Shown here: one piece after another, positions 1 to 13,156 of the stretch | How the letters are laid out: the number at the start of each line of letters is the position of its first letter | How positions within the stretch are numbered: position 1 is the first letter of the stretch | Assembly: GCF_009914755.1 (NCBI RefSeq) | Contig: NC_060930.1 | Length of the DNA: 64,000 bases | DNA from: the human T2T-CHM13v2.0 reference genome, Homo sapiens | Strand: one strand, 5' to 3' | Notes under the pieces: model-generated | Databases searched by the model: none | What the model was told of the DNA's origin: nothing | What the model saw: the letters and a program-made list of their open reading frames with translations, nothing else | Program-made: the position numbers and the translations under genes

Positions 1-472
<472 letters not shown>

Positions 473-994
473 AAGAAAGTCGATCCAGAGAGAACAAAGA
501 TATATACAATATTATTTAAGGAAATTTTTTTTCCTCCCTCCACTCCCATTTTCTATTAATCTTGTTTCCTAACGCGACATTAGAATCTCACAGACAGCAG
601 TGCAAATGCCACACTATTCTGGTCTGGGTCAGTTGCACCCTAAGGTCATAGACGCATAAGCTTTTTCACCCTTAGCATTATTTCCTCACCTTACCTAACA
701 GTTTGGTTCTGAAAAACCATGTAGAAATGAAATGTGGTCAATCATATCAGATTATAAATGAACTAAGACAGCTTAATATTTAAAATGATCCATTTTATAA
801 ATAGAAGTGTTTTGTATAGAACAGTTATACTTTTCTTTGTACCTCCTCTCATCCCTCCCCCACATACTTTTTCACAGAATGCACACACACTAATCTCCTT
901 CTTCTTATAAATCAAGAATATTATTTACTTAAAGCTTAAATCGGGGAACATCATCACAAATAATCATCTTTCTTGATCATCTGCTTTCTTCCCT

Positions 995-1950
995 TTGTTT
1001 ATTCAATCATGTATTGAGTAACTATATACAGTAGTATATGTATCAAGTATGTGCTGGGAGGTGAGGAAGCAAAAAGTGTGAATAAACACAGCCTTGCCCT
1101 GAGGAAGCTGACAATCCAGCATGGAGGACCAATATGAAAGCGACCACAATTCAGAGAATAAGAAGGCTGTAGTGTCACTGAGAACAAGTATTAGCATAAT
1201 CCAAGGGCATCGGGAAATTTTTAATACAAGAGATGAAATCGTGAAGGATACTAAGGCTACTAAGAGAATAAGTGGGTGCAGTATGTTTTAGACAGAGAAA
1301 ACAGAAGATACTATAACAAAAAGGTAAAAGAGGACATTTGGGAAGCAAAGAATCCTTTCATTTGGTAAATATCTATTGATGCCTCTTCTACCATGCTCCC
1401 TGAGTGACCTTAACACCAGAGAGACAACCAGAGAAAGATCAGGTCCCTGCCCCTATGCAGCTTACACACTGGTGGGAAGAGAGGTACTAAACACATTTAC
1501 AAGAATAGACAAAATAATTTCAGGTGGAAGCATTATGAAAAATATAAAAGAAGACAATGTGTCATAGAGACTGTAGAAGGTTTAGAAGCTGGTCTAGGTT
1601 GAGGGGTTAGGGAAGGCTGCTTTGAAGTCGTTAATTTTGACTCAGACCAGATGAGAATAAAGAGATAAGATTGGTGGGTAGATTGGAAAAGGGGTGGGGG
1701 ACAGGAAAACTACCTGGTTTTGAGCTTGAGCAACTGAGTAGATGGTGATGTCACTTTCTGAAATCACAAGTAGGAGGACCACGGGGGAGGAGTTGGGTAA
1801 AGGATCTTGAATGACATCAAAAGAAAGCATAGACATTATTCTGGCTGTTATAGGAACTGAGAGAAGAGTTTGAGGCCAATAATGACTTTTTTGGATGTGT
1901 CTTTAGAAAGACAGTTCTGGTGTTGCTTGGAGGATGGATTGAATGGGCTT
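995..1950 (-). mobile_element. L2 LINE relics (several fragments)
   Basis: L2 3'-end-like motifs TTATTCAATCATGTATTGAG..., CCTTGCCCTGAGGAAGCTGACAATC and TCCCTGCCCCTATGCAGCTTACAC; purine-rich body. Boundaries approximate. Confidence 0.6.
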
Positions 1951-2485
1951 TATTACTACGTATACAGATACACAACCAGAACAAAAGTTTCAGAAAGCAA
2001 TAGTTACTCATATAAATGTATTAAATTACTTTATAATCAGTGAAAGGTCAGTAAAATGTAGAATTATAAGTGCCTAGTGACTTAATAGGAGGAAATATGG
2101 AAGGTTAAGGAAGGAAGTAGGAACCTGGAATAAGAAAGCTAAGTTTCATTTATAGCTCCGATGAGTGACTTTCTTTGTTTTCACCATTGGGAATCTTAAA
2201 TGAGGAAAGTGTCGTATCCCTTCCAGTTATCTTTATGTTAATAAACTAAGTGAAGATTGGACAGAACTAACAAAGGAATTAGTCTCCAATGGTGGACTTC
2301 CAGAGTTTTGAGATTAAACTTTGAGAGGTGAGAAGCCTTCCTGATGCCCCTGTAATCTTAAATTGGCAGGTGTCTCTAAGTGAGGCCATCCCTCTTTGCC
2401 TGCCTATCATTTTAATCTTTATACTGTAACTGGTTCCTTTCAACTCTGGCCTTTTATTGTAGCACTTTTATCAAGTCTGCAGCTT

Positions 2486-2588
2486 CCCAGCTACTTGGGA
2501 GGCTGAGGTGGGAAGAACACTTGAACCTAGGAGTTCAAGACCACTCTGGGCAACATAGTGAGTCCCTGTTTTTAGAAAAATAAATAAC
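2486..2588 (+). mobile_element. Alu monomer fragment (FLAM-like)
   Basis: CCCAGCTACTTGGGAGGCTGAGGTGGGAAGA...GGAGTTCAAGACCACTCTGGGCAACATAGTGAG plus A-rich end; one arm only. Confidence 0.8.
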
Positions 2589-4217
2589 CTTTAGCTTTTT
2601 GCTATAGAAAATATCCAAATAGAGTCTGGACAATGCTGGATGTAAAGAAAACTGTGAAGCTACCTCTAAGCATATTGTTTGTAAATACTGTGTACCATTT
2701 AGAGGATAACATGGGGGATTCACATGAAGTTATGTGAAAATATTTTATAAGGAATAATACCTAAGTGCCTCTCTTACAGTTCTCCAGTAGAATGTATTTT
2801 CAATTTTTGCCACGAGGGGGAGAAGTTATTTTTATAGTAATATGTACATTTTTTTATTTTAAAAATAGAATTCACACAACTTTACAGCATCTATGAACAT
2901 TTTGCTATCCTAATTATGTGTGTGTGTGCATGTGTGTAAACAAGATTCTGAAAGTCTTGCATGAGAAAAATTTCAAAGGAAATTAATAACAAAACCAAAA
3001 CAGTTTTGAAGAATGTGCACAGTGGACACAGGAATTGAACAAAGTTTACCATGATTAAAATTATGTTTTCTTAGTTAAAAAATAAATAAATAAATGTAAT
3101 ATATTCTATTTTCTGTTTTATTATATTTCATTTTTGAGTGATGATAACCAAATCAGTGAGTACATTTCAGGACCAACTGATGGGTTACAACTCATGGCTT
3201 AAAAAACATTCGATTAGAAAAGAGTAGACACTAGAAGTGCCAAAGGATCTCTTTCCCCTTGTTTCCTGGTATGGGCACAATAGTTGGGATGCCAAATGAA
3301 ACTCATAGAATAGTAGAGCAAGTTCCTTAGTTTTAACATGACTATATATATTTTTTAAAACATTCTTTTGAAGTAGCTGTAAATTGAGAGTTTTAATTAA
3401 ACATACCACAACCCCCATATTTAATGAGTTCATAGGTTAAATTAAAGAAGAAGTATTTTTAAAACTAGCTTCCTAATGGTATTTAATTTTAAGCTTTATT
3501 CCATCTATCTTTACTTTAAAATAAAAGACCCAAGATGCCTAATGGCACCTACCAGTTGTGTGAGGATGCTGCAAATTAGTCACAGCTAGAGCCTGAAATT
3601 TATCACAGAAATCTCTGGCTGAGAGGCTGATTAACAATTAGAGTTGCTAAAACTAGGACTCCCACAGTTTTACATTGGGTTCAGTTTTACTGTAAAGAAA
3701 TTTCACCATAATCAAAGCTCTATTTTTAATCTTCTTATTTTGGCCCAATACTTGTAATTGTAGCCTAATCATCTATAGCAAGCACATAGAGCCCATGGCC
3801 GTTTTTTCTCTGAAATCACTCACAAACAAATGTGTTCTCACCATAGAACATTAATACAAAAACAGGTCATTTAATGTAAAATTCCCCCACTCCTAAGCTT
3901 TTCAGCATATTACTTTTGCTCTCTCTAAAGTATGAGCATTTCCATCTCCCCAAGGAGGAGAAAAATCAATTCCCCTCCATAGCACACGTGCTTCCAGGAG
4001 CTGTTGCTGCATTTGCTGCCTTGTGAGTCTTAGGTCTACAGCAGCTGATTCATGTCCTAAGCCTCTTTTGCTCCCTTCAATGAAACACACTTATTGGCCC
4101 AATCAGTATGTTTCTTTACCTACTGTAAAGCCCTGAATCTTGTCTCATCAATAATACCTTCCCTTTCATAATGCTCTATGGTTTTCCAAGACCGTTTCTT
4201 ACCACAATTTCATGGCT

Positions 4218-4350
4218 TGTTAAAAACATACTCCTGGGCATTACCCCCAGAGGTTCTGGTTCAGGATATTGAAGATCAGTCTGAGAATTTGCATTTCTAG
4301 CAAGCTCCCAGGTGATGCCAATCTCCTGCTGATCCACTGAGAAGTGCTGC
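4218..4350. mobile_element. MER5A-like hAT-Charlie DNA transposon fragment
   Basis: CCCCAGAGGTTCTGGTTCAG...CTGAGAATTTGCATTTCTAGCAAGCTCCCAGGTGATGC, typical of the MER5 core. Confidence 0.7.
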
Positions 4351-4807
4351 CCATATAGGTCATGTTTTCAACACCGTTAGGCTACCTCTCCTTTGTTACA
4401 ATTGGCATTGACTTGTAGACTGTAAGTGTATGAGTATTTGTTTAATAAAATTTTAAAATAATTATCAGTTGAACCCATAACTCCTACTGAGAACTTTTGA
4501 TCTCATGAAAGGAAATTGTATTGATTTCCTTACTAGACATTAATTAAGGAAATTTACATGGCAGAATGAAGTATAGAAACCTAAGCCTTCTCTTCTGCAC
4601 TATTGTCCTTTAACAACCTACTACTACTAATAAAAGTGTGTACCTGAATTGCACGTTAACCTTTACCAATAAAATGTAAAAAGGTCATTGCTTCTCAAAT
4701 ACCTCGTTCTCTTTTATGAAATAAACTTTAAATATACCTTGTTTTAGGTTGCATCTATGAAGTTTCATATGCATTTACTAGCTTTCACATGCTGGGAAAA
4801 TGTTTTC

Positions 4808-4826
4808 TCTGCACTAGGTGGCAGTA
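4808..4826 (+). promoter_or_regulatory. Candidate CTCF binding motif
   Basis: TCTGCACTAGGTGGCAGTA, a close match to the CCACYAGRKGGCRS core; motif only. Confidence 0.45.
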
Positions 4827-5149
4827 TAATCCTGAAATTTGAAACCTAAGCTAAGGCATCAAAGACGAATTTGATTTCCAGTCTTCAAGTAGATAACTTT
4901 GATTTTAAGAAAATATTTCATTCTTGGTTATTTTCCATATGTATAAATTGAAGTATTGTAATTGACTTCTTTTTAGGGTTCCTCTCAAAAAAATGTGCAA
5001 ATACAATGCACCCTGAGGTTCATGAGAGCCTACTGAAGGAGAAAGACACTAAACGAAAGATTAAAATTAACTCTGCCTTCATAGATGAGCCATCCACTCT
5101 GACCTCACTAACCACCACCAATTTCAGCCTTATAACTAAACAGAGCCAA

Positions 5150-5370
5150 ACTCAAGGTTAAGAATGTGGGCTCTGGAACTAGATTGCTTAGGTTCAAATC
5201 TCAGCTCTACCACTTTCTAGCTGGGAGACCATGGAGAGGTAATTAACCTTTCTGACTCATCTTATTTATCTGTAAAAATGAGTAATGAAAGCACTTACCT
5301 TATAGGTATACTATAAGGATTAAACTAGAGCCAAAAACAGTACCTGGCACTCAATAAATTTTAGCTACAA
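5150..5370 (+). mobile_element. MIR SINE
   Basis: GGTTAAGAATGTGGGCTCTGGAACTAGA...GGTTCAAATCTCAGCTCTACCACTT...ATCTGTAAAAATG...CACTCAATAAAT. Confidence 0.85.
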
Positions 5371-5955
5371 TTTTTCTTATAACTCACTCTCCTCTGCTTT
5401 CTTCTTTGATTCAACCCCAATCTGTCCAGTAAATGGTGGTTCATTTAGATCTTAGAAGAGTGTGGCTGTGCTAAATACTAAAAACTATCCTAGACAATAT
5501 ACAACTACTCAAAAAACCCATTATAGATAGCAAGGTAAATCAATTGAAAGCCCCCTTCTCCCTTCCATATGCACATCTTTGTCTGTTTGCTACACTTTTA
5601 TGATTCTTCCTCCTGTAATACTGCCCTTGATAAGTCCTTCAAGCTCTTCTCATCAATAATACTTTCCCTCTCATAATACTATATGGTTTTTCAAGAACAT
5701 TTCTCATCACAGTCTCATTTGCACCTCGCAACAATCCAGCAGGACAGATGTGACTCTCCTGTTTTCCTGGTGAAGAAACAGGTGAAGAGACCTGTATGAG
5801 TTCATGGTTATATGTGACAAATCTACTGACTGACTCCTGAACAGATACAAATAAAAGGCAACTCCAGTAATCACTGGTGAACCAGTCAAACAGCTATTTA
5901 CAAAACACTGCATACAGGAGGACCGATGCCTACTGATTAGTCCCCTTTTGGGGAC

Positions 5956-6075
5956 ATATGTGTATATACATATATATATATATATATGTATATACACACA
6001 CACACATACACACCACACATATGTATATGTATACATATGTGTATATATACATAAATGTGTGTATACATGTATATA
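5956..6075. repeat. Compound (TA)n/(CA)n/(TATG)n microsatellite
   Basis: Alternating purine-pyrimidine run, directly visible. Confidence 0.9.
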
Positions 6076-6164
6076 ATTGGTTTCTTCATTTTAAAATATT
6101 ATATGGAAAAGTAATATATGTATTTGGTAACATGTATTGTATTTAAAAGTAAGATATATATTTG

Positions 6165-6385
6165 GTAATAAAACAGGATGACTATAGTCAATAATAATTT
6201 AATTGCACATTTTAAAATAACTAAAAGAGTACAACTGGATTGTTTGTAACACAAAGGATAAGTGCTTGAAATTATGGATACCCCATTTACCCTATGATTA
6301 GTACTTATTGTATGCATGTATCAAAATATCTCATATACCCCATAAATATATATACCTATTACATACCCACAAAAATTAAATGTTA
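6165..6385 (+). mobile_element. L1MA-type 3' end fragment
   Basis: GACTATAGTCAATAATAATTTAATTGCACATTTTAAAATAACTAAAAGAGT...TCAAAATATCTCATATACCCCATAAATATATATACCTA...CCCACAAAAATTAAA. Confidence 0.8.
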
Positions 6386-7309
6386 AAGAAGTAATATACG
6401 AACATTTTGGAAAAGTGGAAAATACAGAAATAGAAGAAAGAGAAAAAAACATAGTCTCACCACCCAGAGACAACTCGCTATTAACATTTTAAGATGTTTT
6501 CTTCCAGTCCCTTTTCTACATACAAGCTGTGGTCATACTCTACACAGTTTTACAACTTCCTTAAATGCACACTACTTAAAACACTCATGCACGTGCTTTC
6601 ACAAAATTTAAATGCAATCATATAGCACATATAAAAAGATAGCAAAACCCAGATGTAAGAACTTTGCCTTGAAGTCAAGATTATAGCTTTTAATTCTAAC
6701 TGCTGTAACCTTGAGAGAGAAAACAACTATAGAGAAAGAGACACTGAGTAACTGGGAGAGGTTCTTCCAGCAGGTCTTGGTTTTTGAAAGACATTCTTTT
6801 TCTCACCCAAAGCCATGTGGGACTATAAATTTGAAGCCAACCACCTAACCACAAAACCACAAAGGCATGTGTAGACATTCCAGTGGCACCAAAGGGCAAC
6901 CACAGGAGAGTCCTGCCTCCTATCGTTTCTTAAATCCAAATATCTCTGAAACCATGACTAACTCCAGGAATAGCAGTAGCAACTGACATGTGGGCAGGTG
7001 AGAAAGAGCCTTTGTTCTTAAAGACTCGACTTAGAGCCACGACAAACTGAAAGGCTCTAGCATTAGCATACTTATAGCGATTCCAGAGAGTGGTCAGTCC
7101 AGGGTGGAGCAGCAGAGATGGAAAGGCAGACAGGCAGTACCAGGATAGTGACAGAGGAGGAACAGAATCACGATTCATATTATTTCAGCCTGTCCTGGCC
7201 AAGGGCCTCGCCAGGGCTCTCAGGACTTTTTCTAGAAGTGCAGTGTAAGGAGGAAATGTCAGAAACTATACTTCATACTTTTTAAAATATATATATTTTT
7301 TATGTATAT

Positions 7310-7450
7310 CATTCATTATTTTTGCTATTTTACAGGTGAGGCAAGTAAGGTTCAAAGACGTTAAATAACTTGCTAAGGGAAATTCCAAATGGCAGGCCAA
7401 AACCAAACGTTGGTTTCTCTAACATCAAAGCTGATGTTCTTCCTATAATT
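7310..7450 (-). mobile_element. MIR fragment
   Basis: ATTTTACAGGTGAGGCAAGTAAGGTTCAAAGACGTTAAATAACTTGCTAAGG (reverse MIR core). Confidence 0.7.
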
Positions 7451-7984
7451 TGTCATATTCTGAGTATGCATACATGCACATGCACACACACACACACATG
7501 CACACACATACATGTGTTTAAGGACAGTCCCCGCTTCACTCTGCATCTAATTGTTCACTATTACTGTCTTTTCTTCATAAACTCTCAAGCTGGAAAACTT
7601 CAAGACTTACTAAGAAGACTTGTACTAATCACCAACTTGGTGCTGTAATTGTCCAAGGGCTTACCCTACTAATGCTTTGCTAAAAGCTACAAAAAAGTAG
7701 TGCTAAAATTCTCTCATACAAAATATCTCATGGAGAGTGATCATTCCTGTGTGAGTGTCCTGGACTTTATATAAACTCTTTATTATTGACTCGATTTATA
7801 GAGCATTTGTGAATTTTTTATGTATTTCTGGTATTTTTTTCTATATTTCCCTGAGGTTCTATCCGTATGTAAATTTGTCTCAGCTTCTAAATTCTCACAC
7901 ATTAGGGATCTTGATTACAATCTCTCCCATGCTTCATTTATTACCTACCGCAGTCAATCATTTTGTATATTCCTAGGCAGTCAA

Positions 7985-8350
7985 ACTTCAACAAACATCG
8001 TATTTAAAGCACAGTGCTGGCTACTAAGGAGACTTTCAGAGCCAAATAATGTCTTCTCTGTCCTCAAGGAAGTAGGCGGGACACCCACACACCCCAAAAC
8101 TATGGAACACACTTTGGCCTAAAAGGACTCCCCAAAAGAAAGTAGAACCATAAACAGTACTCTAGAGACAGAAAGGCAAAATGACTGATACTCTCCAGAA
8201 GGATTCAAAAGTGTTTCACAGAGGAAGTAACCTTAGCTTGACCCTAAAGAATGAATCCTATTTTACAGGCAGAAAAAAGATAGAAAGTTTTACAAGGCAG
8301 TTGGAATAATGTGAACAAAAGCTCAGAGGCTTGAAAATGCATGGAGTGTA
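7985..8350 (-). mobile_element. L2 relic
   Basis: TTCAACAAACAT...CTCTGTCCTCAAGGAAG...TTCACAGAGGAAGTAACC...TGTGAACAAAAGCTCAGAGG pattern. Confidence 0.55.
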
Positions 8351-10061
8351 ATTAATTACGTTTCAAACATAACTTAGCTTTTTTGAAAATATTGCGTGCC
8401 ATCAACCCAGAAGTTGAGAAAATGCATGTTATTAAACAATATTTAGTAAGCAAATAATATGCCAAAAACGTTTATGACTTTCTTACATTAGCCTACCTTT
8501 CATATTAATATTTTGCTACTGAAAATTAAATCAACAATTCATCTGCTACAGTGGAAAATCTGAAAATTTGGATTTTGATTACAGAACAACACAGTTCTAG
8601 GAGAACCCTTATTTTGGCCCACAACGGATTCTCTATTTAGAGATTCCATCAAGACATAAAGAACACCAGGTGCCCTGATGTCAATGTCAAGGGAAAAGAG
8701 GCAAGATGTCTTCATTAGGATGTAAAAAGTCATTTGCTGTCACTTAAATTACCATTCTTTTTTTCTGTTAATACTAGTAACAGGCTACTAAGCTTGCTGA
8801 AGTTTGGTGCTAGGAAGGGTTAATGGCATAGGCAGAGAGCAATGCTTTCATTTCCTTGGAGGAAAGCTGATGGGTAAATAAAGTACACATTACTTTAAAA
8901 AAAAAAATAAAGATCGAGGAGAATCTTGGGTATATACTAAGAGAGGGCTTCAAGCTGCAAGAACGAGGGCATAGTGCCAAGAATGGGAGATGCGTTATGT
9001 GCAGGGAAAAGATTTGAAATTGAAGTTGCTCTGAACAGTGAAATGAGCTCTCAAGTGGAGCCAAAGGGAGACAGGGAAAAATGCAGAATGTAGCTGCAGC
9101 AACTCCAGTGGAAATCAGCATGCCCGTGGTGAATTTCCTAAAACCTCTTCAGTCAAGTAGAACAAAATAGTGAAAAAGCAATAAAAGAATAAATGACCTA
9201 GAATTATTGGCCTTGCCAAGCATAACCTACTATGTAGCACTGGTTTCAGAAGCAGATGTAGAGAAATTGCAGCCCCACAAGGCTTCCATCACTATAGATG
9301 TTCTTTTAAGCTTTGTTATCTGATAGGACACTGTTGAACGTGTAAAATGTTATTACAAGAATCACAGGAGTAATCAGTAGAAATCTGTCTCTTGGTACAA
9401 TATTGGAAAATGTCATTTGGCTATGGATTTGTACCATAATAAAGTCGTCCATAAACACACACCATAAACACAGGAAACAAGAAATAAATAACTTTAATAT
9501 TATATCCAGAGGCTAAATAATACATTGTTGGTATGTTATTGTGAGTAGTTATTTGAAAAGAAAAGAAAAAAACAAGTTAGTTGACCCTTGTTGGATTATA
9601 AATAACCATAAAAAGACCTTTTTTTAAAGCAATTGAGGGATTTCAAAAAGCCTCCAGGCTTTGCTGTGTTGCCTAAAGAGCCCTCCATGTTCATTCCTAT
9701 TACTCTGTGTCCAGAATTACACTGGCTGTGAATTCAACTGTAATTTGTACAGTTGCAATTCATGTGTTACCTTTAAAAATAAACACTTTATGTGAAACCC
9801 AAGTACTACTGTTTTCTCAAATGAGAAATAGTGAAACTAATTTTAATGCAAGACTTGTCTCTCCTTGTACTATAGTTCCAAAAGATCACTTATCTTCTCT
9901 CTAGCATGCTGCATGCCCAATGTTTCCAAGCCCTTCTCAAACAAGCCCCCACCTCTTCCACAAAGCTGATCTGGTACCTCCAGCCAGATATTCTCCGTTC
10001 TGCTCAATCATAGGAAGAACTATTTACATGAAATGACATTACATTCTGTTCTATAGGCAGA

Positions 10062-10620
10062 AGGGTACAGTAGAGAAAGCAGGGGGCATCTAAAATCAGG
10101 AAACTTAGACTTGAGCCCTTGTTCCTTTCATTAGCCTTGTAACACTACTGAGCCTGTTTCCTTTTTTGCCCAATAGGGACTTATCTTAGGGGCTCATTGT
10201 GAGGCTCAGTGAGTTAATCCATGCAGGAGAGCTGGATAAAATGTAAAGTGCTCTACAAAGGTAATTGTTATTTCAGAATTAATATTTAGGGAGCATCAGT
10301 ATATGCAGGACACAGTTTTGAGCACTGCATAGTAATCAAAGCTGAAGAAGGCAGATTCCCAACTCTCATGGACCTTAAAATATAGTAGAGAAGTGAAAAC
10401 ATTTACCTTAATAATTAAAACACAGGGTATTAAATAGTAAGTGCTTTAAGCCATATCCCCAGAACTTCAAGTCAATTTGACAAATATTCATGAAACAGGC
10501 TCTTGAGATACAAAGGCAAACATCATGGGTCACTGTCACTTATCTGGTGGGGAGGACAGATACACAATAATTATGGTAATACCAGGCAGATAATGATAAA
10601 CACTGTAGAGTAAGTGCATA
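10062..10620. mobile_element. MIR-like (+) followed by L2 3'-end relics (-)
   Basis: MIR-like GTGAGGCTCAGTGAGTTAATCC...TGTAAAGTGCTCTACAAA, then L2-like TTCCCAACTCTCATGGACCTTAAAATATAGT. Confidence 0.5.
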
Positions 10621-11333
10621 CATACTGGGAATTGATTAGGTCTGGGTAGATAGACACACAGAAAGGTTTTTGTCTAGTTCAGTGGTAAAGTTTGATGGGC
10701 GATAACAGAGCTTAGCAACTGTTTCTAAAGATTGAGTTTTTACTTCCAAACAAGATAAAAAAGGACCAGATCTGACATCAGATTGACCAGCTCTGTGAGG
10801 CAGGTGGATGCTGGGAAGATGTGGAGGTGACTGTGGAGATTCAGCTGAGCTGGAAAAACACTCAAGTAAGATATTAATTGTGGGTTAGGAACTTCTACAA
10901 GGCCACAGCAGAAATCAAACAGCAATGGGGTAAGAAGATTATGGTGTAAGCAGAGGTTAAGGAACTAAGGGATAGGAAAAGATATAACAGTGGTTAAAGG
11001 AGGACAAGATTTTTTTTCTTCATTTGTTTAAAAATAATAAATTTAAAAATAACTAACACTTGTACTGTTTACTACATGCTGGGTATTGCTAGAAACATTT
11101 TACCTATATTAATTCATTTATTGCACAACCATAAGTTGTAGGTGCAATTACCCCTCAGTAGTAATGGTGAAGGTGAGATAGGGAGAGCTGACATTTATAG
11201 ACTGAGAAAAAGGAGTCAGTGCAGAGAGAGATTGAAGACAAAAGGGAGGATGCCCTGGAACTCAAAATAGCAAGAGCTCAGGGATGAGGGGTTGATTGTC
11301 ATTTTCCTTTCTATACTATTCTTTGACTCCTAA

Positions 11334-11681
<348 letters not shown>

Positions 11682-11870
11682 TGCATTATCACTTTCATAA
11701 TTAGAAAACTAAACAATATAAAAATAAGAGATCACTTACTTATAGTTTATATTGTTTTTAAATTATTCTATATTTCTTCTGTGTTAAAATATGCTTTCTA
11801 ATAAGAAATTAGCTCCCTGCATGTAGGAAGGGTGCCTTATTTCTTCTTCCATCCCTTCAACTGGCACCGG

Positions 11871-11874
<4 letters not shown>

Positions 11875-11918
<44 letters not shown>
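11875..11918. repeat. (GT)22 microsatellite
   Basis: Uninterrupted GT run of 44 bp. Confidence 0.97.
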
Positions 11919-11922
<4 letters not shown>

Positions 11923-12397
11923 TTTAAAGGGAACAAAATTAAGCCCAACAAAACCCAAACCCTTGTTAATATTGCTCAAAATTTAACTAACTACCCTATG
12001 TTGCTGTCTTTAAAAACTTTTTATGGTCTGTTTTTAATTATTTTGTCTTCCCTCTACTTCCCCTCTCAGTATATCACATTCTGTCACCACTATTCTTGGA
12101 CCTTAGAAAATAGGAAAACCCAGGGGGAGGAGCCATGATGGCTGAATAGGAACAGCCCCAGTCTACAGCTCCCAGCGTGAGCGATGCAGAAGATGGGTGA
12201 TTTCTGCATTTCCAACTGAGGTACAGGGTTCATCTCACTGGGGAGTGCCAGACAGTAGGTGCACGACAGTGGGTGCAGCACACTGTGCGTGAGCCGAAGA
12301 AGGGTGAGGCATCGCCTCACCCAGGAAAGGCAAGGGGTCAGGGAATTCCATTTCCTAGTCAAAGAAAGCGGTGACAGACGGCACCTGGAAAATCAGG

Positions 12398-12574
12398 TCA
12401 CTCCCACCCTAATACTGTGATTTCCAATGGGCTTAAAAAACGGCACACCAGGAGATTATATCCCACAGCTGGCTCGGAGGGTTCTACGCCCACGGAGTCT
12501 TGCTCATTGCTAACACAGCAGTCCGAGATCAAACTGCAAGGCGGCAGCGAGGCTGGGGGAGGGGCACCTGCCAT
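12398..12574 (-). other. L1 antisense ORF0 remnant (58 aa)
   Basis: MAGAPPPASLPPCSLISDCCVSNEQDSVGVEPSEPAVGYNLLVCRFLS matches the primate L1 ORF0 N-terminus; C-terminus frameshifted. Confidence 0.8.
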
Positions 12575-13156
12575 TGCCGAGTTAGTTGTTTGATTAGGTA
12601 AACAAAGCGGCTGGGAAGCTCGAACTGGGTGGAGCCCACCACAGCTCAAGGAGGCCTGCCTGACTCTGTAGGCTCCACCTCTGGGGGCAGGGCACAGACA
12701 AGCAAAAAGACAGCAGTAACCTCTACAGACTGAAATGTCCCTCTCAGACAGCTTTGAAGAGAGTAGTGGTTCTCCCAGCATGCAGCTTGAGATCTGAGAA
12801 CGGGCAGACTGCCTCCTCAAGTGGGTCCCTGACCTCTGAGTAGCCTAACTGGGAGGCACCCCCCAGTAGGGGCGGACTGACACCTCACATGACCGGGTAC
12901 TCCTCTAAGACAAAACTTCCAGAGGAACGATCAGGCAGCAGCATCTGCGGTTCACCAATATCCGCTGTTCTGCAGCCACCTCTGCTGATACCCAGGCAAA
13001 CAGGGTCTGGAGTGGACCTCTAGCAAACTCCAACAGACCTGCAGCTGAGGGCCCTGTCTGTTAGAAGGAAAACTAACAAAGAGAAAGGACATCCACACCA
13101 AAAAACCATCTGCACGTCACCATCATCAAAGACCAAAGGTAGATAAAACCACAAAG

